From Patescibacteria group bacterium (GTDB taxonomy: Bacteria > Patescibacteriota > Minisyncoccia > Moranbacterales > DUUL01), in contig WGDO01000024.1 in NCBI GenBank assembly GCA_015493225.1, forward strand, positions 1 to 59,857: a stretch of 59,857 nucleotides of DNA, given 5' to 3'. Numbering within the stretch: position 1 is the stretch's first letter; every line of letters begins with the position of its first letter. Shown piece by piece: positions 44,466-52,924 of this stretch. The notes under the pieces are model-generated. The model saw only the letters and a program-made list of their open reading frames with translations, was not told the DNA's origin and searched no databases. The position numbers and the translations under genes were made by a program.

Positions 44466-45959
44466 ATGGAATTAAGATATAAATATCAAAATAAAAAGAT
44501 GTTATTTCAAGGAGAAAAAAATAATACATTAATAATAGGTTTAACTTTACTTGGTATTTTTTTAGGAGGTGTTTTTTTGACAGCAATTGTTCAAGCAGAG
44601 GAGAATAATGGTGATAAAATTTTACATGATAAATATGAAAAGTATCAAAAACATAGTAAACGAGAAAAATATTTAAAATATAAAAAATACAAGAAAAAGT
44701 ATGGTTTTAGTTCTTCTGGTGAAAGAGCAGTTTATAGACAGTCCTATAAAAAATATAAGAAGTACAAGAAAAATCATCGTAAATATCGACAGTATTCTAG
44801 GCTGAAAAAGAAATATAAAAGATATAAAAAATATCGAAAGTATGTGCGTCCTTATCGGAAATACAAGAAATATAAAAAATATAATAAGGAGAAGTATGGT
44901 AAAAGTGAATATAAAGATTATGGTGGTGAAGAATATAAGGCGGGATGGTTGAGATTTAAATATGCTCCTGTTGTGGCTGTTTCTAATCCTGCTGAGAAAG
45001 CAGTTGTAAAAGCCGTAAAAACAGAAGCTGATTTAGGAGGTGGCAATCTTGGTCCGGAAATAACAGTGGGATTGTTTAGATTTAGTAAAGATGATTTAAA
45101 GGGTAGTGCTGTAAGGATTAAATCTAATAAGGATTATCTTATTAAGGACATGGAGGGCAAAATTTTAGGAACAATAAAAGCAGATACGGAAACTAGAATA
45201 AAATATGAAAAAAATGGAGAATTGGCGGTGAATGGATCTATTGATAAAGTTGTGATTGATAGAGAGGTGCGATTTGAAGCTGTTAATACAGATGAAAAAG
45301 AGCAAGTTTTTGAAGTAGTTAGTCCAGGAATAATTTGTTATTCAGATAATTGTAATACTTATCGAGGTAAGTTGAAATTACGTTACAGCCCGGAAAGTAA
45401 AAAGATTTGGTTAATAAATGTCTTGCCTTTGGAACAATATGTCTGGGGGATGGGAGAAATAACTGGAACAGGGGATGGTGAATATAATAAAGTGATGACT
45501 AGTTCCTATCGTACCTATGGATATTGGAAGATAAAATACAGCACTAAATATGCTGCAGAGGGATTTAAGGTGAATGCTACTCCTGGTAATCAGTTATATT
45601 TTGGTTATCATTGGGAAGATAAACATCCCGATATTAAGAAGGCAGCTTCTGCAACTCAAGGTAAAATTGTGATGTATGGAAAAGACATTGCAATTGTTCC
45701 CTATAGTTCCTGGACCGATGGTCATACTAGAAGTTGGGAGGAGCGTTGGGGGTCTAAAAATTATCCTTGGTGTCAATCGGTTAAAGATGATTATGGCAAA
45801 CATCCTTCTAAAAAAACAAAACAATTAGAGGCAGAGGGGAATCATATGGTAGGATTGTCTGCTCACGGAGCTTTGTATTTAGCTGATAAAGAAGATTGGG
45901 ATTATGAGAAAATTTTGAAATATTATTTGAAGGATATTAGATTATATCAGGCGTACTAA
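44466..45959 (+). CDS. SpoIID/LytB-domain protein with a Lys/Tyr/Arg-rich N-terminal region
   Basis: Signal anchor, about 110 aa of KYKKYKK-type low complexity, then a SpoIID-like core (LPLEQYVWGMGEI...SYRTYGYW...GNHMVGLSAHGA). Confidence 0.75.
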   Translation: MELRYKYQNKKMLFQGEKNNTLIIGLTLLGIFLGGVFLTAIVQAEENNGDKILHDKYEKYQKHSKREKYLKYKKYKKKYGFSSSGERAVYRQSYKKYKKYKKNHRKYRQYSRLKKKYKRYKKYRKYVRPYRKYKKYKKYNKEKYGKSEYKDYGGEEYKAGWLRFKYAPVVAVSNPAEKAVVKAVKTEADLGGGNLGPEITVGLFRFSKDDLKGSAVRIKSNKDYLIKDMEGKILGTIKADTETRIKYEKNGELAVNGSIDKVVIDREVRFEAVNTDEKEQVFEVVSPGIICYSDNCNTYRGKLKLRYSPESKKIWLINVLPLEQYVWGMGEITGTGDGEYNKVMTSSYRTYGYWKIKYSTKYAAEGFKVNATPGNQLYFGYHWEDKHPDIKKAASATQGKIVMYGKDIAIVPYSSWTDGHTRSWEERWGSKNYPWCQSVKDDYGKHPSKKTKQLEAEGNHMVGLSAHGALYLADKEDWDYEKILKYYLKDIRLYQAY

Positions 45960-45993
45960 ATTAATTAAGAATTAATAATTAATAATTTAAAAA

Positions 45994-46533
45994 ATGCGGA
46001 GTGTTATTGTAAAATTAATTTTGTTTTTAATTGTGTTGGCCGGGTTGGCCTATGGTGGTTATTATTTATGGCAAAACAGAGATACTTATTTTTTTAAGGG
46101 AGGAGAAATAGAAACAAGTAAGCAGGAGTTACAAGATAAACAAAAGGTGCTTGATAATGATGTTGTAGATGATGAGGGTGATGACGGTGATGATGAGGAG
46201 GATAAAGATAAAATAAATGATAATGGGGAATATTTTGTTCCCGTAATTCATAAGTCAGATTGTGAAGATGAATGTGCCAGTCGAAAGTCGGTGGATATTG
46301 AATATAAGTATTGTCGAGAAATATGTGGTTTTAATGAAATTAAGGATAAGGAAGACCCAGAAATAAATAATAGTGAAGAAGACTGTGATGATATCGACGA
46401 TTCTTTTGAAGAGGATGTTTGCTGGAAGGAAAAAGCTATCAAAGAAAAGAATGATAAGTATTGCGATGAAATTTATAGTGAAGCATTAAGCAAGGTTTGT
46501 CATAATCGGGTTTTGGAGGAAATTATGAATTAG
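45994..46533 (+). CDS. Hypothetical membrane-anchored acidic, Cys-rich protein
   Basis: N-terminal TM helix, a D/E-rich linker, and 10 Cys in the C-terminal 100 aa. Confidence 0.55.
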   Translation: MRSVIVKLILFLIVLAGLAYGGYYLWQNRDTYFFKGGEIETSKQELQDKQKVLDNDVVDDEGDDGDDEEDKDKINDNGEYFVPVIHKSDCEDECASRKSVDIEYKYCREICGFNEIKDKEDPEINNSEEDCDDIDDSFEEDVCWKEKAIKEKNDKYCDEIYSEALSKVCHNRVLEEIMN

Positions 46534-46570
46534 TTTTTAGTAGCTTTTGTTGTGTGCAATGCACAGTTTG

Positions 46571-46614
46571 TGGTCCCTACGAAAATATTTATCTCCCGTT
46601 TAGGGATGACAAAT
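46571..46614. repeat. Copy of the tggtccctacgaaa and tatttatctcccgtttagggatgacaaat words, followed by tacaaat-type heptads
   Basis: Identical blocks to 2815-2828 and 2893-2921. Confidence 0.75.
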
Positions 46615-46766
46615 CGGCTACAAATATTACAAATCCTGCAAATCAAATGTTACGATAATTTGTGTTCCCCATAAACGAGAAATAACAAGTAGTCACCAAC
46701 TATTTTATTGCTTTTTGTTTGTATAAATGTTATCTTGTTAATATGTTAACGTGTTAGTATATTTAT

Positions 46767-47744
46767 ATGACAATAGCTTTAGTGGTTTTTTCTGGAGGGT
46801 TGGATTCTATTTTATCGGTAAAAGTTTTACAAGAACAAGGAATTCAAGTGACTGGGCTATCCTTTGATAGTTATTTTTTTGATACTGCAGAAGCTAAAAA
46901 AACTGCTAAGCAGTTAGGAGTAGAATTAATAACTAAAGATATCTCTGAACAACAGCTAAGGACAGTTGAAAATCCACAATATGGGCATGGCAGTGCTTTG
47001 AATCCTTGTATTGATTGCCATGGGTTGATGTTTAGGGTGGCGGGGGAGTTGGCTGAGTTTAAAGACAAGGATGGAAAGAAATTTGATATAATTGCCACAG
47101 GGGAAGTTTTGGGGCAAAGACCGTTTTCTCAAAATAGTGAAGCCTTGAAAAAAGTAGAAAAGTTAGCGGGAATAGATATTTTAAGACCGTTGAGTGCTAA
47201 ATTATTGCCGATGACAACTTATGAGGAGCAAGGATTAGTGGATAGGGGAAAATTGTTGGATATTTCTGGGAAGAGTAGAAAGGGACAATTGGAATTGGTG
47301 AAAAAATATGGGGTGGAATATTTTCCGTCGCCGGCTGGTGGTTGTCGTTTAACGGAAAATGAATTTGGAGTAAAGGTGAAAAAGCTTTTGGGCAACGATG
47401 GGCAAAATAGAAAGTTAGAAAAAGTTGATTTTGAGTTATTGAGAATTGGTCGGCATTCTTGGATTAGTGGTGAACAACAAATGACAAATAAGGCGCATAT
47501 TATTTTGGGTAAAAATTATGAGGAGAATGAACAGTTGAAAAAATCAGTTCAGAGGGGCGATGTTTTAATGGAGTTAGATAATTTAATGGGACCAACAGCT
47601 TTAATTGTTAGGGGAACTGAATTAACCGATGATGAAATTGAGAAGATTAAATCAGAAACCAAAAAACTAATTCTCAATCGAGTTAAAAATCCGGAGGGAT
47701 TGAGTGTTGATGAGGTGGAGTGGGTGGTTAATTTTAAACAATAA
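46767..47744 (+). CDS. PP-loop ATP pyrophosphatase family protein (tRNA thiolation enzyme-like, MnmA/ThiI-related)
   Basis: SGGLDS PP-loop at the N-terminus. NPCIDCHGLMF and ATGEVLGQRPFSQ motifs. Confidence 0.7.
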   Translation: MTIALVVFSGGLDSILSVKVLQEQGIQVTGLSFDSYFFDTAEAKKTAKQLGVELITKDISEQQLRTVENPQYGHGSALNPCIDCHGLMFRVAGELAEFKDKDGKKFDIIATGEVLGQRPFSQNSEALKKVEKLAGIDILRPLSAKLLPMTTYEEQGLVDRGKLLDISGKSRKGQLELVKKYGVEYFPSPAGGCRLTENEFGVKVKKLLGNDGQNRKLEKVDFELLRIGRHSWISGEQQMTNKAHIILGKNYEENEQLKKSVQRGDVLMELDNLMGPTALIVRGTELTDDEIEKIKSETKKLILNRVKNPEGLSVDEVEWVVNFKQ

Positions 47745-47785
47745 ATTGTTATTGCGAAGGTTGGACCTTTGCAGGGCTTACAAGT

Positions 47786-48091
47786 ATGAGAAAATTTCAA
47801 CGAACAATAGAAGATTTTGTCTGTGAAAATTGTGGGGAAGAGGTTAAGGGAAGTGGTTACACTAATCATTGCCCAAATTGTTTGTGGTCCAAGCATGTGG
47901 ATATTAACCCTGGAGACCGAGCCAATCCTTGTGGTGGTTTGATGAAGCCTGTTGATGCCTATTTTCAATCCCAGCAGTGGTATTTAATTCATCAATGTCA
48001 AAAGTGTGGAAAAAGATTTAAAATAAAGATTTCTGAAAATGACAACCTTGAGGTAATTAAGGGGATTATTAACGATAAAAGTAAAAAATAA
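47786..48091 (+). CDS. RNHCP-domain zinc-ribbon protein
   Basis: FVCENCGEEV...YTNHCPNCLWSKHVD...CGG...CQKCG. Confidence 0.8.
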   Translation: MRKFQRTIEDFVCENCGEEVKGSGYTNHCPNCLWSKHVDINPGDRANPCGGLMKPVDAYFQSQQWYLIHQCQKCGKRFKIKISENDNLEVIKGIINDKSKK

Positions 48092-48198
48092 TAAAATTTT
48101 GGCGAGTACTATTTTTCATAAGTAACATTTATAGAGGATGCTTGGTGTGTAAGATCAATTAAGAAGGATGTTTTAATATCCGGAGTGAAATTGGATAA

Positions 48199-48233
48199 AC
48201 AAAAAACAAAACCTCATTGGTTTTGTTTTTTTA
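48199..48233. terminator. Bidirectional terminator between the convergent RNHCP gene and rplT
   Basis: aaaaaacaaaacc-tcatt-ggttttgtttttt. Confidence 0.85.
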
Positions 48234-48258
48234 TTTAAAAATCCTCCGTTATTTAATA

Positions 48259-48606
48259 TTACTTTTTTATCTCTTCTACAAGCTTTTTAAAAATCCCTGG
48301 ATTTTCTACGGCCATTTGGGATAAAACTTTTCGGTCTAGGTCAATCTTTTGGTCTTTTAAGGTTTTGATGAAAGTGGAATATTTTAAACCATATTCTCGC
48401 ACAGCATTATTTAATCGCAAAATCCAAAGACGACGCATAACTCGTTTTTTGTTTCGCCGATCTCGGTAGGCATATTTTCCGGCCTTAATTAAAGCTTCTT
48501 TAGCAGCTCGATAATTACTCTTTCTTCGCCATTTAAATCCTTTGGCGGCTTTAATAACTTTTTTTCTTCTTTTGGAAGCAGTTGTTCCTCGTTTGATTCT
48601 TGACAT
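48259..48606 (-). CDS. rplT: 50S ribosomal protein L20
   Basis: MSRIKRGTTASKRRKKV...YRDRRNKKR. Confidence 0.96.
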   Translation of the reverse strand: MSRIKRGTTASKRRKKVIKAAKGFKWRRKSNYRAAKEALIKAGKYAYRDRRNKKRVMRRLWILRLNNAVREYGLKYSTFIKTLKDQKIDLDRKVLSQMAVENPGIFKKLVEEIKK

Positions 48607-48740
48607 AGCAATAATTCTAAAGTCAAAAGTCTATAAAGTCAAAAGTTTACCCTGTTAAGACCTCAATAAGGTCAAAAGTTTGAAAATAATTATACTATAT
48701 TATAGACTGTTGAATTTTTAATTCTTAATTTTTAATTATA
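48607..48740 (-). repeat. rpmI-rplT spacer, paralogous to the infC-rpmI spacer
   Basis: Shares tctaaagtcaaaagtctataaagt, ggtcaaaagttt and attatagact.ttgaatttttaattcttaatt with 48942-49080. On the coding strand it reads TTAAGA-N18-TATAAT. Confidence 0.6.
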
Positions 48741-48941
48741 CTACAGGCTTGCTTTAATATCAGCAATGATATTTTTAGCGACTTTTCCTTTTACAATTTG
48801 GTCGGTTCGTTTAGCTCTTTTGTGATCTCCATCTTGTCGGGAATTGAAATGGTTTTGTCGAGATTTACGACGGGACACTTTTCCAGTTCCGGTTATTTTT
48901 ACTCTTTTGGAAATACATTTTCTGGTTTTTAACTTTGGCAT
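48741..48941 (-). CDS. rpmI: 50S ribosomal protein L35
   Basis: MPKLKTRKCISKRVKITGTGKV. Confidence 0.93.
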   Translation of the reverse strand: MPKLKTRKCISKRVKITGTGKVSRRKSRQNHFNSRQDGDHKRAKRTDQIVKGKVAKNIIADIKASL

Positions 48942-49080
48942 ATAATAAGTCTAAAGTCAAAAGTCTATAAAGTTTACCCCGTCGGATGACTTGGGGTCAA
49001 AAGTTTTAATATGATGTATTACAAAACATTATAGACTATTGAATTTTTAATTCTTAATTCTTAATTCTTAATTAATGAAA
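48942..49080 (-). repeat. infC-rpmI spacer, paralogous to 48607-48740; carries the ccccgtcggatgacttgggg hairpin module
   Basis: See 48607-48740. The module at 48977-48996 also occurs in the tRNA-linked elements. Confidence 0.6.
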
Positions 49081-49563
49081 TTATTTTTTAGGGACTACTA
49101 AAACATTCCAGCCATTAAATTGTTTTTGGATGGACTGTTCTATTTTAACAGGTGTTTCGATTTTGTCAATGAATTCTTGTAATTTTTTCTTGCTAGCGTC
49201 TCGAAAAGCCTTTTCTCTTCCTCTTAAAATAATCTCTACTTTTACTCGATAATCTTTTTTTAGAAATTTTTCTACTTGTTTAAGTTTGAAATTTAAATCA
49301 TTTTCTCCGGTGGCTGGTCTCAGACGAACACCTTTTACTATCACTTTACTCTTCTTTTTCCCGCTGTCTTGTTTTTTCTTTGATTGTTGATATTGATATT
49401 TACCCCAATCAATTATTTTACAAACGGGAGGTTTTGCACTTGGCACAATTTCTACTAAATCTAAACCGGCATCTTCGGCCATTCTTAAGGCTTCGTTGGT
49501 TGGTGTATTACCAATTTTTTTACCTTGGTCATCTATTAAAAAAACAGATGGTACTCTGATCAT
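49081..49563 (-). CDS. infC: Translation initiation factor IF-3 (minimal ATG-start model; the true start is probably upstream and non-ATG)
   Basis: VPSVFLIDDQGKKIG...EALRMAEDAGLDLVEI...KPPVCKIIDWGKY. The in-frame upstream sequence KRTRINE matches the conserved IF-3 N-terminus, with ATA at 49621-49623 and ATT at 49636-49638 as candidate starts. Confidence 0.88.
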   Translation of the reverse strand: MIRVPSVFLIDDQGKKIGNTPTNEALRMAEDAGLDLVEIVPSAKPPVCKIIDWGKYQYQQSKKKQDSGKKKSKVIVKGVRLRPATGENDLNFKLKQVEKFLKKDYRVKVEIILRGREKAFRDASKKKLQEFIDKIETPVKIEQSIQKQFNGWNVLVVPKK

Positions 49564-49749
49564 CTCATTTATTCTTGTCCGCTTTATTTGCGGTTTTTTA
49601 TTTGGAGTGTATCTTCTTCTTATGGCTTTGTTATTAATTGTTATACTTGTATTATAGCTTATTTATTTAAAAAGTCAATTGGAGATAGTCTCTAAAGTCT
49701 GTAAAGTCCAAAGTTTATAAAGTTTATAAAGTCTGCAAAGTTGAAAATA

Positions 49750-49784
49750 AATTTGAAATTTGAAATTTGAAATGAATTTGAAAT
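49750..49784. repeat. 35-bp word repeat identical to 26611-26645
   Basis: aatttgaaatttgaaatttgaaatgaatttgaaat. Confidence 0.85.
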
Positions 49785-49979
49785 TTTTTAATTTGAAAAT
49801 TATTGATTGTTTACTATTCATAGTTTATGATAGATTATTTAAAAATTGAAAATTTAAACATTGAAAATTGATTGAAAATTGAAAATTGAAAATTTTAAAT
49901 TAGGGGACTAAAATAATTCCTTAAATTTTCGTTTTTAAAATTTTAGCAACTTTTATTTAAGGAGCCTAAAATATCTTAG

Positions 49980-50399
49980 TGGAGGTGGTGAGAATCGAAC
50001 TCACGTCCAGAGTTGATTATTAAAAACCGTCTACAAGCTTAGTTTGTTTTATTTGAAATTGTAAACAATTTCATAATGAATACGAAAACTCTAAATAAAC
50101 AAAATATTTTCAATTCATTTCTTTGGTGCGCTTGGGATATTTCGCCAAAGAAAAACAAAATATCTGCGTCCTAATGTTGACGTCGGGTCTAGCCTATTAG
50201 GCATCGGCTAGGCGACGGGCTGTTGCTCAATTAGGCTACAGCGGCAGTAAAACTTGGCATTGCAAACAAGTTTGCGAATGCTGTTTTTACTCGTGTTTTT
50301 AGATTTGCACTTAAATCTTTTGTAGGCAGTTTTATGAGTTACCTACCAGCTCAACTTGCAAATTTTCAATGAAACAACCTGTCGAGGCCTGACACCCCC
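49980..50399 (-). ncRNA. ssrA: tmRNA
   Basis: The 5' end GGGGGUGUCAGGCCUCGACAGG pairs with the 3' end GGACGUGAGUUCGAUUCUCACCACCUCCA (T-arm GUGAG/CUCAC, G3:U70 present). Candidate tag frame GCA UUC GCA AAC UUG UUU GCA AUG CCA AGU UUU ACU GCC GCU GUA GCC UAA at 50281 down to 50231. Adjacent to smpB. Confidence 0.85.
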
Positions 50400-50635
50400 A
50401 GGGCGCGCTTCGCTTTGCTCAGCGCTTAAATTTTAAATTTTAAATTTTAAATTTTAAATTTTAAATAAATGACCGAATTACTAAATGTTTCAATTTAAAA
50501 TTTAAAAGTAAAAATTTAAATAGTTTGGGGTTATTAGTTGCTTATGATCTTTGTGTAAATACGAGCGAAGCGATGGAATGACTAGAACGAGTGAAGCGGT
50601 CCAACAAGATGAAATCGATAGAACAGAATGAAAAA

Positions 50636-51085
50636 TCAATAATTTTTCATTCTACGATCCATTTCTCTCTGTGCAGTTTGTTTTTTAAGTGTTTCACGCT
50701 TATCAAACTTCTTTTTTCCCTTGGCTAGAGCAAATTCTAACTTTATTCTATTCCTAGTAGTATACAACGAAAGTGGTACCATTGTCAAGCCCTCGGTTTT
50801 TGATTTTCCTAGTAGGTATTTTATCTCTTTTTTGTGTAAAAGTAGCTTGCGGGAGGCAGTTGGTTCGTAATCCTTGGGGTTTCCGGCAAATTTATAAGGT
50901 GGAATGTTAGCATTGGTCAAAAACAATTCATTGTTGTGAATGGTGACGAAAGATCCTTTGAGGGAGGCGTGGCCACTTTTTATGGATTTTACCTCAATTC
51001 CTTTCAATACTAAACCAGCCTCATATTTTTTAATTAGGTCGTAGTCAAAAGTTGCTCGGCGATTTTTTGCTAAAATTTTCGGCAT
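50636..51085 (-). CDS. smpB: SsrA-binding protein
   Basis: NRRATFDY...EAGLVLKGIEVKSI...LLLHKKEI. Confidence 0.95.
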   Translation of the reverse strand: MPKILAKNRRATFDYDLIKKYEAGLVLKGIEVKSIKSGHASLKGSFVTIHNNELFLTNANIPPYKFAGNPKDYEPTASRKLLLHKKEIKYLLGKSKTEGLTMVPLSLYTTRNRIKLEFALAKGKKKFDKRETLKKQTAQREMDRRMKNY

Positions 51086-51131
51086 GGTTTATTGAGTCAA
51101 TTCTTAGTTAATTTGCTTAATTTTTTGCTTA

Positions 51132-51230
51132 TCAAACTTTCCAGGTGTTATTTTTTACCTGATGTTTGACTCTTTTTTTAAATAACAAAACGTCAAACAT
51201 GCGTCCAAAAATAACACCTGGAAAGTTTGA
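51132..51230 (+). repeat. 99-bp long hairpin element, family H copy 2
   Basis: Outer stem tcaaactttccaggtgttattttt / aaaaataacacctggaaagtttga, 24 bp and perfect. It has the same internal loop tacctg versus gcgtcc as copy 1. Inner stem atgtttgac/gtcaaacat. Confidence 0.6.
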
Positions 51231-51394
51231 TGAAGTGTTTAATAAAAAAAATCTAAATAATCTTAATAATCTTAATTAATATAATCCTACCATTGAAATT
51301 AATAATTGACAAATATTTTAAAATGATTCACACTGATAGTGCAGAAAATTTTGGGGGAGTTCTTTATTAATAATTACAAAAAGGGGAATAAATT

Positions 51395-51682
51395 ATGTCT
51401 CAAGATATTTTGTTGCCCCAAACTGATTTTACGGGGGAAAAGACTCTTTGTTTAGTTGGTGAATTAACTAAAGAAGAGATTTTCTTTTTTGGAGAGGATA
51501 GAGAAATATCAGAAAAAAGAGAATATTTCTCTGTTCTTAGTCGAATCATTTCCGAAGAAAAACAATTAGTTGGCATTTATGCCGACGAGTTTTGCTGGGA
51601 ATGCGTTTTTGATGAATTTGAAGAAGGGGTTATGGCAAATTATTGGAAAGATAAATTTCAAAGAGTTTGCCAGTTGAAATGA
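51395..51682 (+). CDS. Hypothetical protein
   Basis: 95-aa ORF preceded by aaaaagggg. No recognisable motif. Confidence 0.45.
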   Translation: MSQDILLPQTDFTGEKTLCLVGELTKEEIFFFGEDREISEKREYFSVLSRIISEEKQLVGIYADEFCWECVFDEFEEGVMANYWKDKFQRVCQLK

Positions 51683-51701
51683 TAGTAAACAAAGGGGGTA
51701 T

Positions 51702-51890
51702 ATGATGTTGCATATTAAATGGGCGATTCGAAATCTTCCGAAAGATAAGACTCAAGCAATTCAACCTTCAAAGGAGTTCGTTGCTAACCTTTGTAATGAC
51801 TCAGAAGAAGCAATGAAAAAATTTCTCAAGGATTCTTTTTGGGCCAAAACGATTGCTTGGGAGAAGAGCAAAAGCATCGTTCTGGATTAA
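51702..51890 (+). CDS. Hypothetical protein
   Basis: 62-aa ORF preceded by aaaggggg and followed by a terminator. Confidence 0.4.
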   Translation: MMLHIKWAIRNLPKDKTQAIQPSKEFVANLCNDSEEAMKKFLKDSFWAKTIAWEKSKSIVLD

Positions 51891-51892
51891 TA

Positions 51893-51937
51893 GCCGGTGA
51901 GAAAACAAATCTGTTTTCCGCCGGCGCTTTTTATTTT
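51893..51937 (+). terminator. Rho-independent terminator
   Basis: gccggtg(a)gaaaaca-aatc-tgttttccgccggc, then gctttttattttt. Confidence 0.75.
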
Positions 51938-52055
51938 TAAGAGGTTTTATTTTTTTTGTTTCTCATTACAATACTCTTGATGTTTGGGTTTGGCTGTGTT
52001 ATGATGAATGGAGTTGAAGCGGTGATAGTTGGTTGAAAATAGTAAGTTTAAAAGT

Positions 52056-52907
52056 ATGTTTTCATTTTTGCGGAAAATTTTTATCAGGGTTCTTTTTCTA
52101 GGTGGGTTGATTGTAGCTCTAGGAATGTTTTTTAAAATTGATAATTCTAAGTTGCAAAGTGGGTGGAGTAAAATTGATTTTTTAAAGGAGAAGATTGCTC
52201 ATTATACAAGTCGTTCAGTAGATAATGAGAAGAGCAAACAGTTAGAGCAAGGCGTCCAAAGTAAAATTGTTAAAAATGAGGTTGGGGACGATGAAGGGCA
52301 AAAAGAATTTAGTGGGACGGAAGATGATTTGATTGTTTTAATAAACAAGGAAAGGTTTGATAAAAACTTGAAGCCCTTTAAGAAAAATAATTTGCTAATG
52401 CTTTCTGCTAAAGATAAGGCATTGGATATGGTGGCTAAAAAATATTTTGAACATATTTCTGATAAGCGAATTCAACCTTGGTTGTTTGCGGAAAAGAATG
52501 GTTATCGTTATAAGTCTTTTGCGGAAAATATTGCCACTGATTATCTTTCTGCCAAGAGTGTTCACCAGGCTTTTATGGATAGTGATGGTCATCGAGCTAA
52601 TATTTTAAATGATGATTTTCGAGACATAGGAATTGCCATTGTGCCAATGAAAATTGATGGTAAAATTAATTATGTGGTTGTGGAACATTTTGGAACTTAT
52701 TTAAAAGATCTGGATTCAACAACTGGTTATGGGCAGAAAAATAAATTGAGATGCAAGGTTCAAAAAAGAAAGAAGAAGGAATTGTCGAAGATGGTTCACT
52801 GGCAAAAAGAACATAATCCCAAGAGTAAATTTTTACCTGATTTAGAAAAAATTAACAAGGAGATTGATTTATATTTGGAAGGATGTTATAAGTTGAAAAA
52901 TTCATAA
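52056..52907 (+). CDS. CAP/SCP (YkwD-like) domain protein with an N-terminal membrane anchor
   Basis: TM helix, then AENIA...AKSVHQAFMDSDGHRANILNDDFRDIGIAIV. The ATG at 52056 is preferred over the TTG at 52029. Confidence 0.8.
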   Translation: MFSFLRKIFIRVLFLGGLIVALGMFFKIDNSKLQSGWSKIDFLKEKIAHYTSRSVDNEKSKQLEQGVQSKIVKNEVGDDEGQKEFSGTEDDLIVLINKERFDKNLKPFKKNNLLMLSAKDKALDMVAKKYFEHISDKRIQPWLFAEKNGYRYKSFAENIATDYLSAKSVHQAFMDSDGHRANILNDDFRDIGIAIVPMKIDGKINYVVVEHFGTYLKDLDSTTGYGQKNKLRCKVQKRKKKELSKMVHWQKEHNPKSKFLPDLEKINKEIDLYLEGCYKLKNS

Positions 52908-52924
52908 TTTGTAATTAATTAAAT

